Assembly: GCA_032718475.1 (NCBI GenBank) | Contig: JAUCBJ010009159.1 | Coordinates: 1 to 63,928 of the forward strand | DNA length: 63,928 nt | Source: Nemertoderma westbladi | Lineage: Eukaryota; Animalia; Xenacoelomorpha | Reading direction: 5' to 3' | Part shown: positions 12,701 to 26,300 of the stretch, piece after piece | Layout of the letters: each line of letters opens with the position of its first letter | How positions within the stretch are numbered: position 1 is the stretch's first letter | Position numbers and translations under genes: made by a program | Notes under the pieces: generated by a model | What the model saw: only the letters and a program-made list of their open reading frames with translations | Databases searched by the model: none | What the model was told of the DNA's origin: nothing

Positions 12701-14993
12701 AATAGGGTTTACTATACGAGTTTGTACTTCGCTAGCAGTATAGATGCATGTAGGCTCCACACCTTGCGCATGAGATACTTCAGACCTAACGGGCTGACAC
12801 ATTGTTACAGAGGGTGGTGGTATACCCTTTTGTAAATTTACTAATTTATCGCGTTCTAGCGACTTTGCTGCACTTCTTGCAACTCTAACCTACTTTCCTT
12901 TAAGGTTCCCTTTAACTGTTGGACAGTCCCTTCTAACTCTCGGACCTGTTGGGAGGAGCGCACTCGATTCTCCTTCATCTCTCCGAGGAGAATATCCATC
13001 CCCCGCCGTCTCTCGTCTACCCAATCAACCGCCGAAGCGGGATCCGCCAACGTCGTAGCGGGCAGACGAGGGACTACGGGCGATATATCCTTTATATTTC
13101 GCGCGGAGTCCAGGACCGACACTGTTTCAGGGGCTGTTCCTCTAGGCACAGATAATTTGGTGCTGTGTAAAGGGAATTTAAAGGTAGGTTCTGGGAGTAC
13201 AGGTGTCTCTATCACCGAAGGGGTGATTTCAAGAACAGGCCTAATTATTTCAGGCTCATCTACTATAGTAGGGAGTCTTTCTATTTTAATTATTTGGTCT
13301 GTGGGTTCTGTACTACCTAAGCCTGTGCTAGTTAGTTGTCTTTAACAGCTGGGGACAAATCAGGCAATTTCTGATGGTGAGATGTTCTTCTACGCCTACT
13401 GAGACGAGATCTATTTCCTCCGCCTTCAGGATCGGTGGTATCGCCTTCCTCTGATGATGTATATCCTTGGCGTTTGGGAGTAGATCGACTCATCATCTGC
13501 ATTCGACTATCTGTTAACTGTTTATTTATGTTGTCTTGCGTCTCTTGCAGATTTTCCAACTCCAGTTGGGTGGTCTCTTCCGACGCTCTCCGTTCCGCTT
13601 CTGCCACTGCCTCTGCTGCTGCCACAGCCGCTTTTCTTTCCGCTTCTGCCTCTGCCGCTGCAACTGCAGCCTTTCTTTCCGCTTCTGCTTCTGCCGCTGC
13701 AACTGCCACCGCCGCTTTTCTTTCCGCTTCTGCCTCTGCCGCTGCAACTGCCGTTGCTACCGCCGCTTTTCTTTCTGCTTCTGCCGTTGCCATTGCCGCT
13801 GCTACTGCTGTTGCCTTTCTGTCTTCTATCCGCCTTTTCTTTACTTGTTCTTCTTGGACTCTAGCGATGCGGAGTTGTTCATCAAATTTAGCTTGGTTCG
13901 CAGCTATCATATCCGCATCGATTGCGTCCAACACAAGCTTGGCTCCTTCACTATTAGGGCTAAGTCCCTCCAGCCGTCTCCTCAACTCTTCGTCTCCTAA
14001 AAAGCGTTGATAGTCTGACAGATAGATGTCAATAGCATCCCTCTTATGCGGTTTCTCTGCTGTCGCTTCACTTTCCACTTGGGAAAAGGTAGCGTCTGTG
14101 GATTCTCCAAGTGTTGAGCGCTCATCTAACTGCGATTTCCACGGGGCAGCTCTTTGAACTTGGAGACTCACCCGCTGTAACCAAGTCTTTACGGCAACTT
14201 GCAACGACGTGTCTTGCTTTCTTTTCGAAGCCTCCTCAAAGGCAGATAAGATTAGTCTGATTCTTAGAATTCTTTCTCTAACTTGATAAAGCAGCTCTCC
14301 CTGCTCTTGAGGTCCTTGTGGTTGTCCAAACAGTTGTTCCTCCAATCGCTCCATAGAGCTGAAGAATCCCTGTACGTATCCGGCTGCTGACCTCTTCCAT
14401 ACAGCTGGATCGATGGTTTCCTTTGTTACTCCCATCCTGTGTATGTCTTCCCAAGCCGCTTCCGATAAGTCAAACGGTAGTCCGGGTCCGGGGAAGCTCC
14501 ATTGCGACTCGACAATAGACTTCAGTTCTTCCCGTGTATATCGCGCATAACTATCCTTGGTCGATCGCTTACTTCTCGTCCAATCAATCTGGTGTTCCTC
14601 CACCGCAATCAATACCCTGGTGAGTACGGCTGCAGGAAGGATGAGAAGGGGATCCGAATAAACCGTATCCGCTATCTTCGCTCCGCGTTCGGGCGTTAGC
14701 TCAACAGTATCCGAACTACTGGAGCTCTCGGGCCGCTGAGAACTAGGTTCTTGGCTAGGAGGTTGCTGCTGTTTGACAGCTGCTTCTTGATCCCGCTTAA
14801 CTTGGGCCCGAGTACCGATGATAGACCTACGGTGTTGGATTAGCCTAGGGTCTGATATTACTACAGGAGGGATGACCTTCCTCACAGTAGGAGGTAAACT
14901 GAACTTAGGTCTAGACGGTTCCACACCCCTATCTGAGTCGCAGATAGTTACATCTAATCAACTGTCTGACAGGTTCTGCTTAGTATCAGACAT
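6794..14993 (-). pseudogene. BEL/Pao gag-pol polyprotein, disrupted by several stops and frameshifts
   Basis: ATG at 14993, homologous to 54292. Zn knuckles (CVLCDGTHRLNMC, CYNCLR), protease LLDSGS, RT YMDD, Pao RNase H region, integrase HHCC/DLFGP/WWGGSWER. Split into ORFs 13332, 12856, 11573, 10490, 9401 and 6794. Confidence 0.95.
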
Positions 14994-16351
14994 GTTTGTT
15001 TGTACAGTTGAATGCCCACTGCTATATTACAGCCAAAGCAAGTCTAGTAATTCAGTATTAACTGTTAGCCTAGTAATTAATTACCGATACTGCTACTCAG
15101 TGTAGCATGATATATATATAATATTTTAGAATACCGGTATGCTTATAGTATATATATAAGTATTATTACAGACTAGATTTGTCACAGAATACCGGTATAT
15201 AATTTTAGCACAAATATATATAAATATATAATAGGCCTATCGTGAATACCGGTATACAGCCTACACTTATAGTATATATAAGTATAATTCTGGACTAGAA
15301 TTAATTACAGAATACTGGTATAATTTCAGCCTAAATTTATAGAAATAAAGATAATAGGCCTATCGTAAATACCGGTATATCAATTATTTTAAATAATTGA
15401 ATTTCTGAATTTTAGGGGTTACTTGGTTACTTTACTTACTTTATTACCGTTATTTGAGCAGTAGTCCAACTGATATTGAGACCTAATTGTTGTATGGCAG
15501 GCCTAGAGTTGATTTATAATATATATATACCCGTTTAATGGGTTTTGTCAATATTTGAAATAAGTGTTATTATTTCTGAGAAAGAGTCACTACACAGAAG
15601 CTGTGCGCTCTCAGTGAAGTGCTACTTGTTGGACACTAAAACAAATAATTCTAATTTACCTAAGTTACTTAATACTACAAATTACGTACAATTCGGGGTG
15701 AGATTACAATCTCTAAATAAACACAAAAATTACAAAAAACACAAATACGAATTTTTAGGGTGATTTTACAAGAAGTCTACAAACCAGCCTAACAAAGGGT
15801 TAGAAATCTGGTTATTACAACGGACAGGGTACTACGGTATTTGAAAATAATAAGTAGTAGTAAATACACTGCGTTGTCCAGATAGGAAAATACCACCGTC
15901 TGACGACCTATAGCCGTATCGCTATAGGTACTACGTTATGTATCACGGAGTGTCCCTACCTAGAAGTTAATTACCGCAGTCTACCAGAACCAACGTGCCT
16001 ATTAACCACTTTACAACACAAATATACTACCTACACACTAATTACCTTCGGAAAGCACTGTACACTAAACCCTAAATTAGGTACAAGTACTTGTACAACA
16101 AATAATCGGTAGTTAAAAATACTTGAACAGCTAAAAGAACCACGGTATCTGCTGGAGTGACCGGTGCACAAAATCACCAGTCTTTACCTACGCCAAGCAG
16201 CCCTGATGTAGTACCGGGGTTAATTTAACTATAACGGTATATATAACAAGCACAATTACTGTAGGAATAAACTTGGGGATATGAATGTTGCGAATAATCG
16301 CATAAACTCTGAATAATAAATATTACGCTACCCGTACAAACTACTCAAACA

Positions 16352-16895
16352 AAATACAAACCAAACGCTGGCAGACTACTATCAAGCCTAAATAAATTAC
16401 AGTATGTGCAGATTCCGAAATGGTTAGTTAGAATGCGTTCTAACCGAGTAGTACGACTTATTCTTTCAGAGGGGGTTTACCTTACAGCACTGGCTGCCCC
16501 TACGTTCCCAACTAGTACTTTATCGGACAGACACTCTACACACACTACAATCCCTTCAGACCTAACAACAGCCAGACAACAATCTAGCCTATAAATTATC
16601 TGAATAAGAAATATTACGGTACCTGTACAGACTACACAATCAAAATACAAACCAAACGCTGGCAGACTACTATCAAGCCTAAATAAACTACAGGACATGC
16701 AGACTCCGAAATGGTTAGTTAGTATGCGTTCTAACCGAGTAGTACGACTTATTCTTTCTGGGGGATTTACCTTACAGCTCTGGCTGCCCCTACTTTCCTA
16801 ACCGGAATTATCGGACATACACTCTACATGCACTGCAATCTGTTCAGACCTAACAACAATCAGACAACAGTCCAGCCTACAAATTATCTGTACGA
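16352..16895 (-). repeat. Tandem ~290-bp duplication in the BEL 5' leader (also present in copy 2 at ~52410-52950)
   Basis: AAATACAAACCAAACGCTGGCAGACTACTATCAAGCC... at ~16352 and ~16643. Confidence 0.9.
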
Positions 16896-17923
16896 TCTGA
16901 GCAGGGTTACACGTCTTCTGCTCAATATTAGCCTACTAGTAAATAAAACTGACAGAAATAAGTAAAATCTCAATAAAAAACCAGGGCGGGCCCTCCCTGA
17001 TTTAATATTAAGGCCTACCGGTATATAATTATCAAATCGAATAATACTGTTGTACCTGTACTGCTGTAGGTAGCGGTCCGGGTGGTTAGGTAGTCAGGCC
17101 TACTAGGTACCGGTTGTCCGGTACTTCAGCTTTATTGCCTACCGCAATACAGAAGCAATATCTGTTATTGTTCTTACCAGAACAATAATAAACTGTATTT
17201 ATTGCCTACACTGCAATCAGAATTAATATCTGTTATTGTTCGCGCTTTCAGACCTTTAGCAGTTTAACCTGCCAAATTAGGATGTCTTCTAGATAATAAA
17301 TCGACTTTAGCCTATGACGAGTATTGGATACACTACATTAGCCGAAGCCAGTCTATGCGCGACCATTCACCCGTTGGATATACCCGGGAGACTGGATTCG
17401 GGGGCTTAATCTTATTGCGGTGTAAGCCTACTGTATTATTCGACTGATCGTAATATATAATCTCTGACAAATATTATTCACTTTCGGGAAATATTAACAG
17501 TTCCTTTAGGACGTGGCGCTCTAAATATGTAAGCAGAGCTACGACTTAAACTAGACACAACTGGATGGCTATAGATTCACGTATATGGCGCATTCTTTAG
17601 GAGATGCTTTGTTATCAGTCACAATCATACACACTACTGCACAATACTGCACACCAATCTGCCGACCTTCACTAATTTTAGTCACATATAAAGAGAACAA
17701 CGACTAATACTTGTAGTGCCTATGAAATAGCATTAGATTCACTTCAAAACCACTTCAATGTAAGTCGCAATCGTTATATGTAACCGGTCTCTCTTACCTT
17801 CAGTATATCAAGAAGATTGAGGGTTTGTTATGATTTATCGATATTCCAAATATAATATTCCATCAACTGATATAATGAATAATCGACAGTAAACAGCAGT
17901 ACAAATGTTAAGGTATAATTAGG

Positions 17924-18413
17924 AAAAAGGTATGATCATAATGTATGTATGATTTGGTCCGATAACAGATATACGTTCTATAATTAAGCCTACTAATGTT
18001 GGGCTAAAGCCTGAAAACACAAAGATTCCAAAGCCGGTCTTCGTGGCATCAGGAAAAAAGGTAAACATAAACCATAATGCATTGCGCGATTTCTCGGAAG
18101 TTTCTATACAAAAGCAGGAGAAACGCTCTGATTGGTTGACCGAACCAAGAGACACCGTAGAACAAAGAAAAGCTACACGTGTACAGCTCAGCTGTTAGCT
18201 GTCGTCATAGTAACTACACTGTTTCAAGAGGATCTAGCTTATTGCGTCATAGAATTGCTCATTATGTCCACTAAAGTACACATACAGAAGAAATAGCTTC
18301 TGATGTTCCCTAAAACACCAGTACAGTAAGGATACGGCCTTTTATACCTGTTAAGCCAACTACAGAGTACTTTACGGGGAAAATAACCGATCAATTCCGT
18401 AAAAGCTTTTACA
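17924..18413 (-). repeat. 5' LTR of BEL copy 1 (minimum extent; inner boundary and PBS not located)
   Basis: Starts TGTAAAAG at 18413; matches 3102-3591. Confidence 0.9.
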
Positions 18414-18913
18414 GTTTGTATGTTATGTCATTATTGATGTTCAGACAGACAAAAAAATTCGTCCAGGAAGTCCCATATAATGGCGAATATTTTAGAATAA
18501 CGTTGTCGTTGTTCTATTTTAGATTGTTGGTATGCCGTCTAACATTTTGATGGACAAACCAACATGATGGACATGAAAAGGCAGCTAGCTAGCTACAGTA
18601 TTATAACTCGAGAAATAAAAGATATGTCGTGAGGCCATTTTCACCTGCCTATGACATTGTCATTAATTTAACATTAACATTTATTTGTCTAAAAAGGTTA
18701 AGCCTCTTAAGCAAAAAAAATTTGGCATAGAAACCCATAATTTCAATTCTCTTTCAATTTGTTTGAAATATGATTGTAGAAATATTTTGTCAAATTTTTC
18801 ATGAAAATCTTAAGAGACACGAACAAAGATAAAATAAATCATACAGCCAGCTATAAAGTCTATCTATTACCTGATTGCTTATGGCTGCATGTTTTATTTT
18901 ACCATTTAATTTT

Positions 18914-19995
18914 CAGTGATCCATGCTTTGAGGGGCCAAGTTTTGTGTGTATATGATTTTGAAGGGATATGAGTGGAGCAAATGTTGGTGAGATTATCGT
19001 AAAAACAGTCAAACTTTGAGATGATGGCTATTGATTTATCGGTGTAGGACCAGTTGGAGGGTTTATTAATGTCACGAAAGAAAGAAGATTTCCCCCCCCC
19101 CCCCCCCCCCTCAGCTTCCAACTTATTTATCCAATAAGATGCGAACGATTCCCAGATACTATGCTTCTATATATAGGGACATTTACATTGTGAACTTTAG
19201 CTGCTGTCATATATTAATGAGGCCTATGTGCGTTGGTTATTATTGGTTAATTTAACCTGCATTTCAGACATTTCTGCTGTGTATAATCTGCAAAAAATTA
19301 TAACTACAATACAAAGAAATTAAAGCTGTCAATTAAGTGAAAATAGCAATTGTTTGTTTACGTCTTAATTTACTAAAGTGAATTTAATTTATTTGATAAA
19401 TAAATGAAAGATATTAAAATATAAAAAAGAAATATCTACAGTGTTCACTGAATAGTGTTTAAATAGAACCGTCACCGAATATTCTAAAAACGCGGAAATC
19501 GGAGTGGAGAGGAAGCGAGCAGAGTGGAGTAGGGGGGGCGGGCCGTACCTGAAATCGCGAAGGGCCTGAGCGCGTGGGCGCGAGGATTGATTCAAGGTAA
19601 GAACCCGGGCCTTAAATGTGCAGGAAATTACCACGGACAATACCTTGGGTACTAGTGAACGGAAAGTGAAGTACCGGCGCAGCGGTAAGTCTCGTTTGCC
19701 TGACGTGATATTCGGGCTCGGTTCATCCGTCTTCTTAAATCTTCAGCTCAGCAGCTATCTTCATTTTTTTTTTTCGTTATTCTATAACATTCTATTCCCA
19801 TATTAGTAATATGACCAAACCACAGTTAATACTAATAAATTCACCCATTTCTTATTACAAATATTAAGATTTTATGTGAATAATACGTACGTACTGTATA
19901 GATCAAATTTCCTTCTAAATACACCAATATCATTCTTATAACAAAACGTAAAAAATTCAGGGCTGTTTCTTACTTACCTACTAAATAATGGGCAA
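18914..19995. repeat. ~1-kb composite repeat (LINE scraps plus GC-rich core); other copies at 21657-22642, 26627-27553 and 28484-29665
   Basis: Shared CTCAGCTTC(C/A)AACTTATTTATCC...GGGCCGTACCT(G/A)AAATCGCGAAGGGCC; the left part matches the LINE at 28484-28660. Confidence 0.9.
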
Positions 19996-20234
19996 TTACA
20001 GACCTGATAGGCCGTTCGCAGATCCTAGACCTAGATTGATGTGTGTCTCTGTATAACAATTCGTATCGAGAGTCCACAGCAGATTTTAGGTGTCATTCAA
20101 AAATTTGTATGCATTTTGAGACACCCATGGGCACTCCTATCGTTTGTGTGACCATTTTTGACCAATTTTTTTTGCATTTTTTTTTATTTGTTTTCTTTGA
20201 ATTTGCTGGGTGACATTCGACTTAGTGGTAGCTA

Positions 20235-20860
20235 CTACTCCACTACTACTACTACTACTAGGATCGGCATGCTGCATTGCAGCTGCATTTTTAAGAATGC
20301 TGTGCCGGCTTGTCAACAAAATTGCACCGCCACAACTCCCTATCACCCATGACATTTGCTAGATCATCCGCATCTTTAAGGCCAGTGTCCTTTAAGATGC
20401 GTCTCAAGAAAGTCATTGGCTGTCCACCATGCTTATTCACTCCATGAGGCTGCCAAAGTACAAGATTATGCACTGGCTGGTCCTCACGGCGAAAGCAATG
20501 TCCTGCAAAGCGGAGGCGATTTTGTTCTAGTGTCAAGCTTGGGGGAACCAATGAGACACCTCCAATGTTATATAGTGTCTGGTTGGAGATGTGTGCATTG
20601 TACTTGACACAATGTACCCGGCGTAGCATTCTTGTGAATGTGCCATCCAGAGATTTGGTGTCCTCAGCAGTTAGAGCCCAGCATGGACTCCCGTAGAGGA
20701 GTATTGGAACTACTGCTGCTCTAAATAATCGGACCTTAAGTTTCCGATTAATTCTAGGTGACTTCCAAATCCTGGAAAGCCTATTCAAGGCTGCCCATGC
20801 CTTTCCCTTACGTATTCGAAGGTCCTCACCTGACTTCCGGATCCATGATCCCAGGTAACA
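20235..20860 (-). mobile_element. 5'-truncated RTE-clade LINE with a (TAG)n tail and a 61-bp target-site duplication
   Basis: ORF RLSRIWKS..LKVRLFRAAVVPILLYGSPCW..RLRFAGHC (RTE C-terminus); identical flanks at 20174-20234 and 20861-20921. Confidence 0.9.
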
Positions 20861-21309
20861 GCATTTTTTTTTATTTGTTTTCTTTGAATTTGCTGGGTGA
20901 CATTCGACTTAGTGGTAGCTAGTAAATTTTGATTGATAGCTAGTGTTTTTAAAATACCTGATTTCTTTTGACCTTTTTAGTTTAAGATGTAAATACAAGG
21001 ATAGGCTAATGATATGTAATTCGAGTTAATCTTAAATTGTTACTTTTGCGCTCAAATATACCCCAAAATCGAGAGAAAAATAAGTACTTTTTCCCTAGGG
21101 AAAAAAATAACATAAACTTTTGTTGCGAAATGTTTTTGAGTTTGTCTAGTAACTTAATTACTGACCACCTTACACAGAGCAACTTTTTTTGAAAAACAAG
21201 TAGCAGAAAAAAAGTTTCTCCTTGTGAGGGTGCATGGGGTCCTAATAGATATTAAATGTAAACAACAAACATTTAGAACATCGGACCCCACCCCACCCTA
21301 CTTTTTTTA

Positions 21310-21656
21310 ACTTTCAGACATTTTACCCTCTAGCGGTAGACTGGGGAAGTGAATAGGATTCTGCAACTCCGTAAAGATACAGCCTATGATGTAGTAGGTA
21401 CCAACCAAGTTTCAGATCAAAATGATTAAAAAGAACCAAATTGGATGAGGTTTTCACTATCAGACAATTCGCCCTCTAGCGGCTGACTGTGGAACTATAG
21501 ACGACTCTACTACTCCGCAAAGATATAGCCTATGCTATAGTAGTTGCCTACCAAGTATCAGTCTAAAAGGATTGTAAATAACAAAGTTGGAGGAGATGTT
21601 AACTTTCATACATTTCGCCCTCTAGCGGCAGACGCGGGTAATGTATACAACTCTGC
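21310..21656 (+). repeat. ~145-bp degenerate tandem repeat (CCCTCTAGCGG core); further copy at 29675-29805
   Basis: CCCTCTAGCGG at ~21326, 21472, 21618 and 29719; inverted at 22781. Confidence 0.7.
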
Positions 21657-22828
21657 GGGTGATGATTTAGAAGTTGTTTTGTGGAGTAAATTGTTACGTA
21701 AATAATAAGTAATAATTATTAAATTCTCTACTCCCCCCCCCCCCCCCCCCCCCCCCTCAGCTTCCAACTTATTTATCCAATAAGATGCGAACGATTCCCA
21801 GATACTATGCTTCTATATATAGGGACATTTACATTGTGAACTTTAGCTGCTGTCATATATTAATGAGGCCTACGTGCGTTGGTTATTATTGGTTAATTTA
21901 ACCTGCATTTCAGACATTTCTGGTGTGTATAATCTGCAAAAAATTATAACTACAATACAAAGAAATTAAAGCTGTCAATTAAGTGAAAATAGCAATTGTT
22001 TGTTTACGTCTTAATTTACAAAGGTGAATTTAATTTACTTGATAAATAAATGAAAAATATTAAAATATAAAAAATAAATATCTACAGTGTTCACTGAATA
22101 GTCTTTAAATAGAACCGTCACCGAATATTCTAAAAACGCGAAAATCGTAGTGGAGAGGAAGCGAGCAGAGTGGAGTAGGGGGGGCGGGCCGTACCTGAAA
22201 TCGCGAAGGGCCAGAGCGCGTGGGCGCGAGGATTGATTCAAGGTAAGAACCCGGGCCTTAAATGTGCAGGAAATTACCACGGACAATACCTTGGGTACTA
22301 GTGAACGGAAAGTGAAGTACCGGCGCAGCGGTAAGTCTCGTTTGCCTGACGTGATATTCGGGCTCGGTTCAACCGTCTTCTTAAATCTTCAGCTCAGCAG
22401 CTCTCTTCATTTTTTTTTTCGTTATTCTATAACATTCTATTCCCATATTACTAATGCTATGTTACCAAACCACAGTTAATACTAATAAATTCACCCATTT
22501 CTTATTACAAATATTAAGATTTTATGTGAATAATACGTACGTACTGTATAGATTAAATTTCCTTCTAAATACACCACTATCATTCTTATAACAAAACGTA
22601 AAAAATTCAGGGCTGTTTCTTACTTACCTACTAAATAATGGGGGTTTTTGCCATGAGGCAAGATGTTTAAGGCTTATTTAGATATATTATTACTTAATTT
22701 TGACCCCCCCAATCGGCATCTAATACGGCATAGGCCATATCTTTTGCGGAGCCATAGAGTAGTATGAAGTTCCCCTGTCTACCGCTAGAGGGCGTATTAT
22801 TTAAAAATTAACATCTTTTCTAGCTTTG

Positions 22829-23030
22829 TTATTTACAATCCAATTTTACAATTTTACAATTTAGTAATAGTTTATTGTCACGTAACCAGTCGCAGATTTT
22901 AGTTAATTCACTGTTTGTACTAGATATTAATGAGTGGATATCACGATGTAAGTTTAGTAGAGTAGTGTCGTCAGCGAAAAGTGTACTAAGTAAGTTTGTT
23001 GCTTTGGGTAAGTCATTAATAAAAATCCGA
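22829..23030 (-). pseudogene. L2/CR1-type LINE RT fragment
   Basis: IFINDLP..LFADDTTL..ICDWLRDNKLLLN. Confidence 0.85.
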
Positions 23031-23335
23031 TAATTCATCCTATAGACCAATCTCATCTATCAACATATTCGCCAAGATCCTTGAACACATTATCCTTTCA
23101 AAGTACTTATACAGCTGCATCACCCATACAAACCAGACTGCATACAAAAAGGGTCAAGGCACTGACACAGTAATCGCCACATTGATGGATTGTATTGAGC
23201 ATTATAGATCCAAAAGTTCCGCAGTGTACCTGCTTCAGCTAGATATAGAATCGGCCTTCGACAATGTTGAGTACTGCACACTCATTAGAAAGCTGCTGGA
23301 CCATGGACACATCGCAGCTACGGTCTACTCATATT
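23030..23335 (+). pseudogene. Non-LTR RT fragment (frameshifted)
   Basis: YRPISSINIFAKILEHII..QTAYKKG and LDIESAFDNV..LIRKL. Confidence 0.75.
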
Positions 23336-23338
23336 ACT

Positions 23339-26300
23339 TTGTTGGACACTAAAACAAATAATTCTAATTTACCTAAGTTACTTAATACTACAAATTACGT
23401 ACAATTCGGGGTGAGATTACAATCTCTAAATAAACACAAAAATTACAAAAAACACAAATACGAATTTTTAGGGTTATTTTACAAGAAGTCTACAAACCAG
23501 CCTAACAAAGGGTTAGAAATCTGGTTATTACAACGGACAGGGTACTACAGTATTTGAAAATAATAAGTAGTAGTAAATACACTGCGTTGTCCAGATAGGA
23601 AAATACCACCGTCTGACGACCTATAGCCGTATCGCTATAGGTACTACGTTATGTATCACGGAGTGTCCCTACCTAGAAGTTAATTACCGCAGTCTACCAG
23701 AACCAACGTGCCTATTAACCACTTTACAACACAAATATACTACCTACACACTAATTACCTTCGGAAAGCACTGTACACTAAACCCTAAATTAGGTACAAG
23801 TACTTGTACAACAAATAATCGGTAGTTAAAAATACTTGAACAGCTAAAAGAACCACGGTATCTGCTGGAGTGACCGGTGCACAAAATCACCAGTCTTTAC
23901 CTACGCCAAGCAGCCCTGATGTAGTACCGGGGTTAATTTAACTATAACGGTATATATAACAAGCACAATTACTGTAGGAATAAACTTGGGGATATGAATG
24001 TTGCGAATAATCGCATAAACTCTGAATAATAAATATTACGCTACCCGTACAAACTACTCAAACAAAATACAAACCAAACGCTGGCAGACTACTATCAAGC
24101 CTAAATAAATTACAGTATGTGCAGATTCCGAAATGGTTAGTTAGAATGCGTTCTAACCGAGTAGTACGACTTATTCTTTCAGAGGGGGTTTACCTTACAG
24201 CACTGGCTGCCCCTACGTTCCCAACTAGTACTTTATCGGACAGACACTCTACACACACTACAATCCCTTCAGACCTAACAACAGCCAGACAACAATCTAG
24301 CCTATAAATTATCTGAATAAGAAATATTACGGTACCTGTACAGACTACACAATCAAAATACAAACCAAACGCTGGCAGACTACTATCAAGCCTAAATAAA
24401 CTACAGGACATGCAGACTCCGAAATGGTTAGTTAGTATGCGTTCTAACCGAGTAGTACGACTTATTCTTTCTGGGGGATTTACCTTACAGCTCTGGCTGC
24501 CCCTACTTTCCTAACCGGAATTATCGGACATACACTCTACATGCACTGCAATCTGTTCAGACCTAACAACAATCAGACAACAGTCCAGCCTACAAATTAT
24601 CTGTACGATCTGAGCAGGGTTACACGTCTTCTGCTCAATATTAGCCTACTAGTAAATAAAACTGACAGAAATAAGTAAAATCTCAATAAAAAACCAGGGC
24701 GGGCCCTCCCTGATTTAATATTAAGGCCTACCGGTATATAATTATCAAATCGAATAATACTGTTGTACCTGTACTGCTGTAGGTAGCGGTCCGGGTGGTT
24801 AGGTAGTCAGGCCTACTAGGTACCGGTTGTCCGGTACTTCAGCTTTATTGCCTACCGCAATACAGAAGCAATATCTGTTATTGTTCTTACCAGAACAATA
24901 ATAAACTGTATTTATTGCCTACACTGCAATCAGAATTAATATCTGTTATTGTTCGCGCTTTCAGACCTTTAGCAGTTTAACCTGCCAAATTAGGATGTCT
25001 TCTAGATAATAAATCGACTTTAGCCTATGACGAGTATTGGATACACTACATTAGCCGAAGCCAGTCTATGCGCGACCATTCACCCGTTGGATATACCCGG
25101 GAGACTGGATTCGGGGGCTTAATCTTATTGCGGTGTAAGCCTACTGTATTATTCGACTGATCGTAATATATAATCTCTGACAAATATTATTCACTTTCGG
25201 GAAATATTAACAGTTCCTTTAGGACGTGGCGCTCTAAATATGTAAGCAGAGCTACGACTTAAACTAGACACAACTGGATGGCTATAGATTCACGTATATG
25301 GCGCATTCTTTAGGAGATGCTTTGTTATCAGTCACAATCATACACACTACTGCACAATACTGCACACCAATCTGCCGAACTTCACTAATTTTAGTCACAT
25401 ATAAAGAGAACAACGACTAATACTTGTAGTGCCTATGAAATAGCATTAGATTCACTTCAAAACCACTTCAATGTAAGTCGCAATCGTTATATGTAACCGG
25501 TCTCTCTTACCTTCAGTATATCAAGAAGATTGAGGGTTTGTAATGATTTATCGATATTCCAAATATAATATTCCATCAACTGATATAATGAATAATCGAC
25601 AGTAAACAGCAGTACAAAAGTTAAGGTATAATTAGGAAAAAGGTATGATCATAATGTATGTATGATTTGGTCCGATAACAGATATACGTTCTATAATTAA
25701 GCCTACTAATGTTGGGCTAAAGCCTGAAAACACAAAGATTCCAAAGCCGGTCTTCGTGGCATCAGGAAAAAAGGTAAACATAAACCATAATGCATTGCGC
25801 GATTTCTCGGAAGTTTCTATACAAAAGCAGGAGAAACGCTCTGATTGGTTGACCGAACCAAGAGACACCGTAGAACAAAGAAAAGCTACACGTGTACAGC
25901 TCAGCTGTTAGCTGTCGTCATAGTAACTACACTGTTTCAAGAGGATCTAGCTTATTGCGTCATAGAATTGCTCATTATGTCCACTAAAGTACACATACAG
26001 AAGAAATAGCTTCTGATGTTCCCTAAAACACCAGTACAGTAAGGATACGGCCTTTTATACCTGTTAAGCCAACTACAGAGTACTTTACGGGGAAAATAAC
26101 CGATCAATTCCGTAAAAGCTTTTACAGTTTGTATGTTATGTCATTATTGATGTTCAGACAGACAAAAAATTTCGTCCAGGAAGTCCCATATAATGGCGAA
26201 TATTTTAGAATAACGTTGTCGTTGTTCTATTTTAGATTGTTGGTATGCCGTCTAACATTTTGATGGACAAACCAACATGATGGACATGAAAAGGCAGCTA

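Larger units (their letters stand above)
3102..18413 (-). mobile_element. BEL/Pao LTR retrotransposon, copy 1 (near full length, decayed)
   Basis: Direct LTR segments 3102-3591 and 17924-18413 begin TGTAAAAGCTTT on -. PPT-like GGGAGCGG precedes the 3' LTR. Domain order is gag-PR-RT-RH-IN. Confidence 0.95.
15626..19841 (+). repeat. 4.2-kb segment duplicated almost identically at 23339-27553
   Basis: Constant offset of 7712-7713; identical ORF translations; includes the BEL leader, the 5' LTR and flanking DNA. Confidence 0.95.

Noticed and set aside
13435-14010. Antisense Ala/Ser- and Cys/Phe-rich ORFs (also 55372-55902)
   Set aside because: Shadows of the gag AEAERK repeat.
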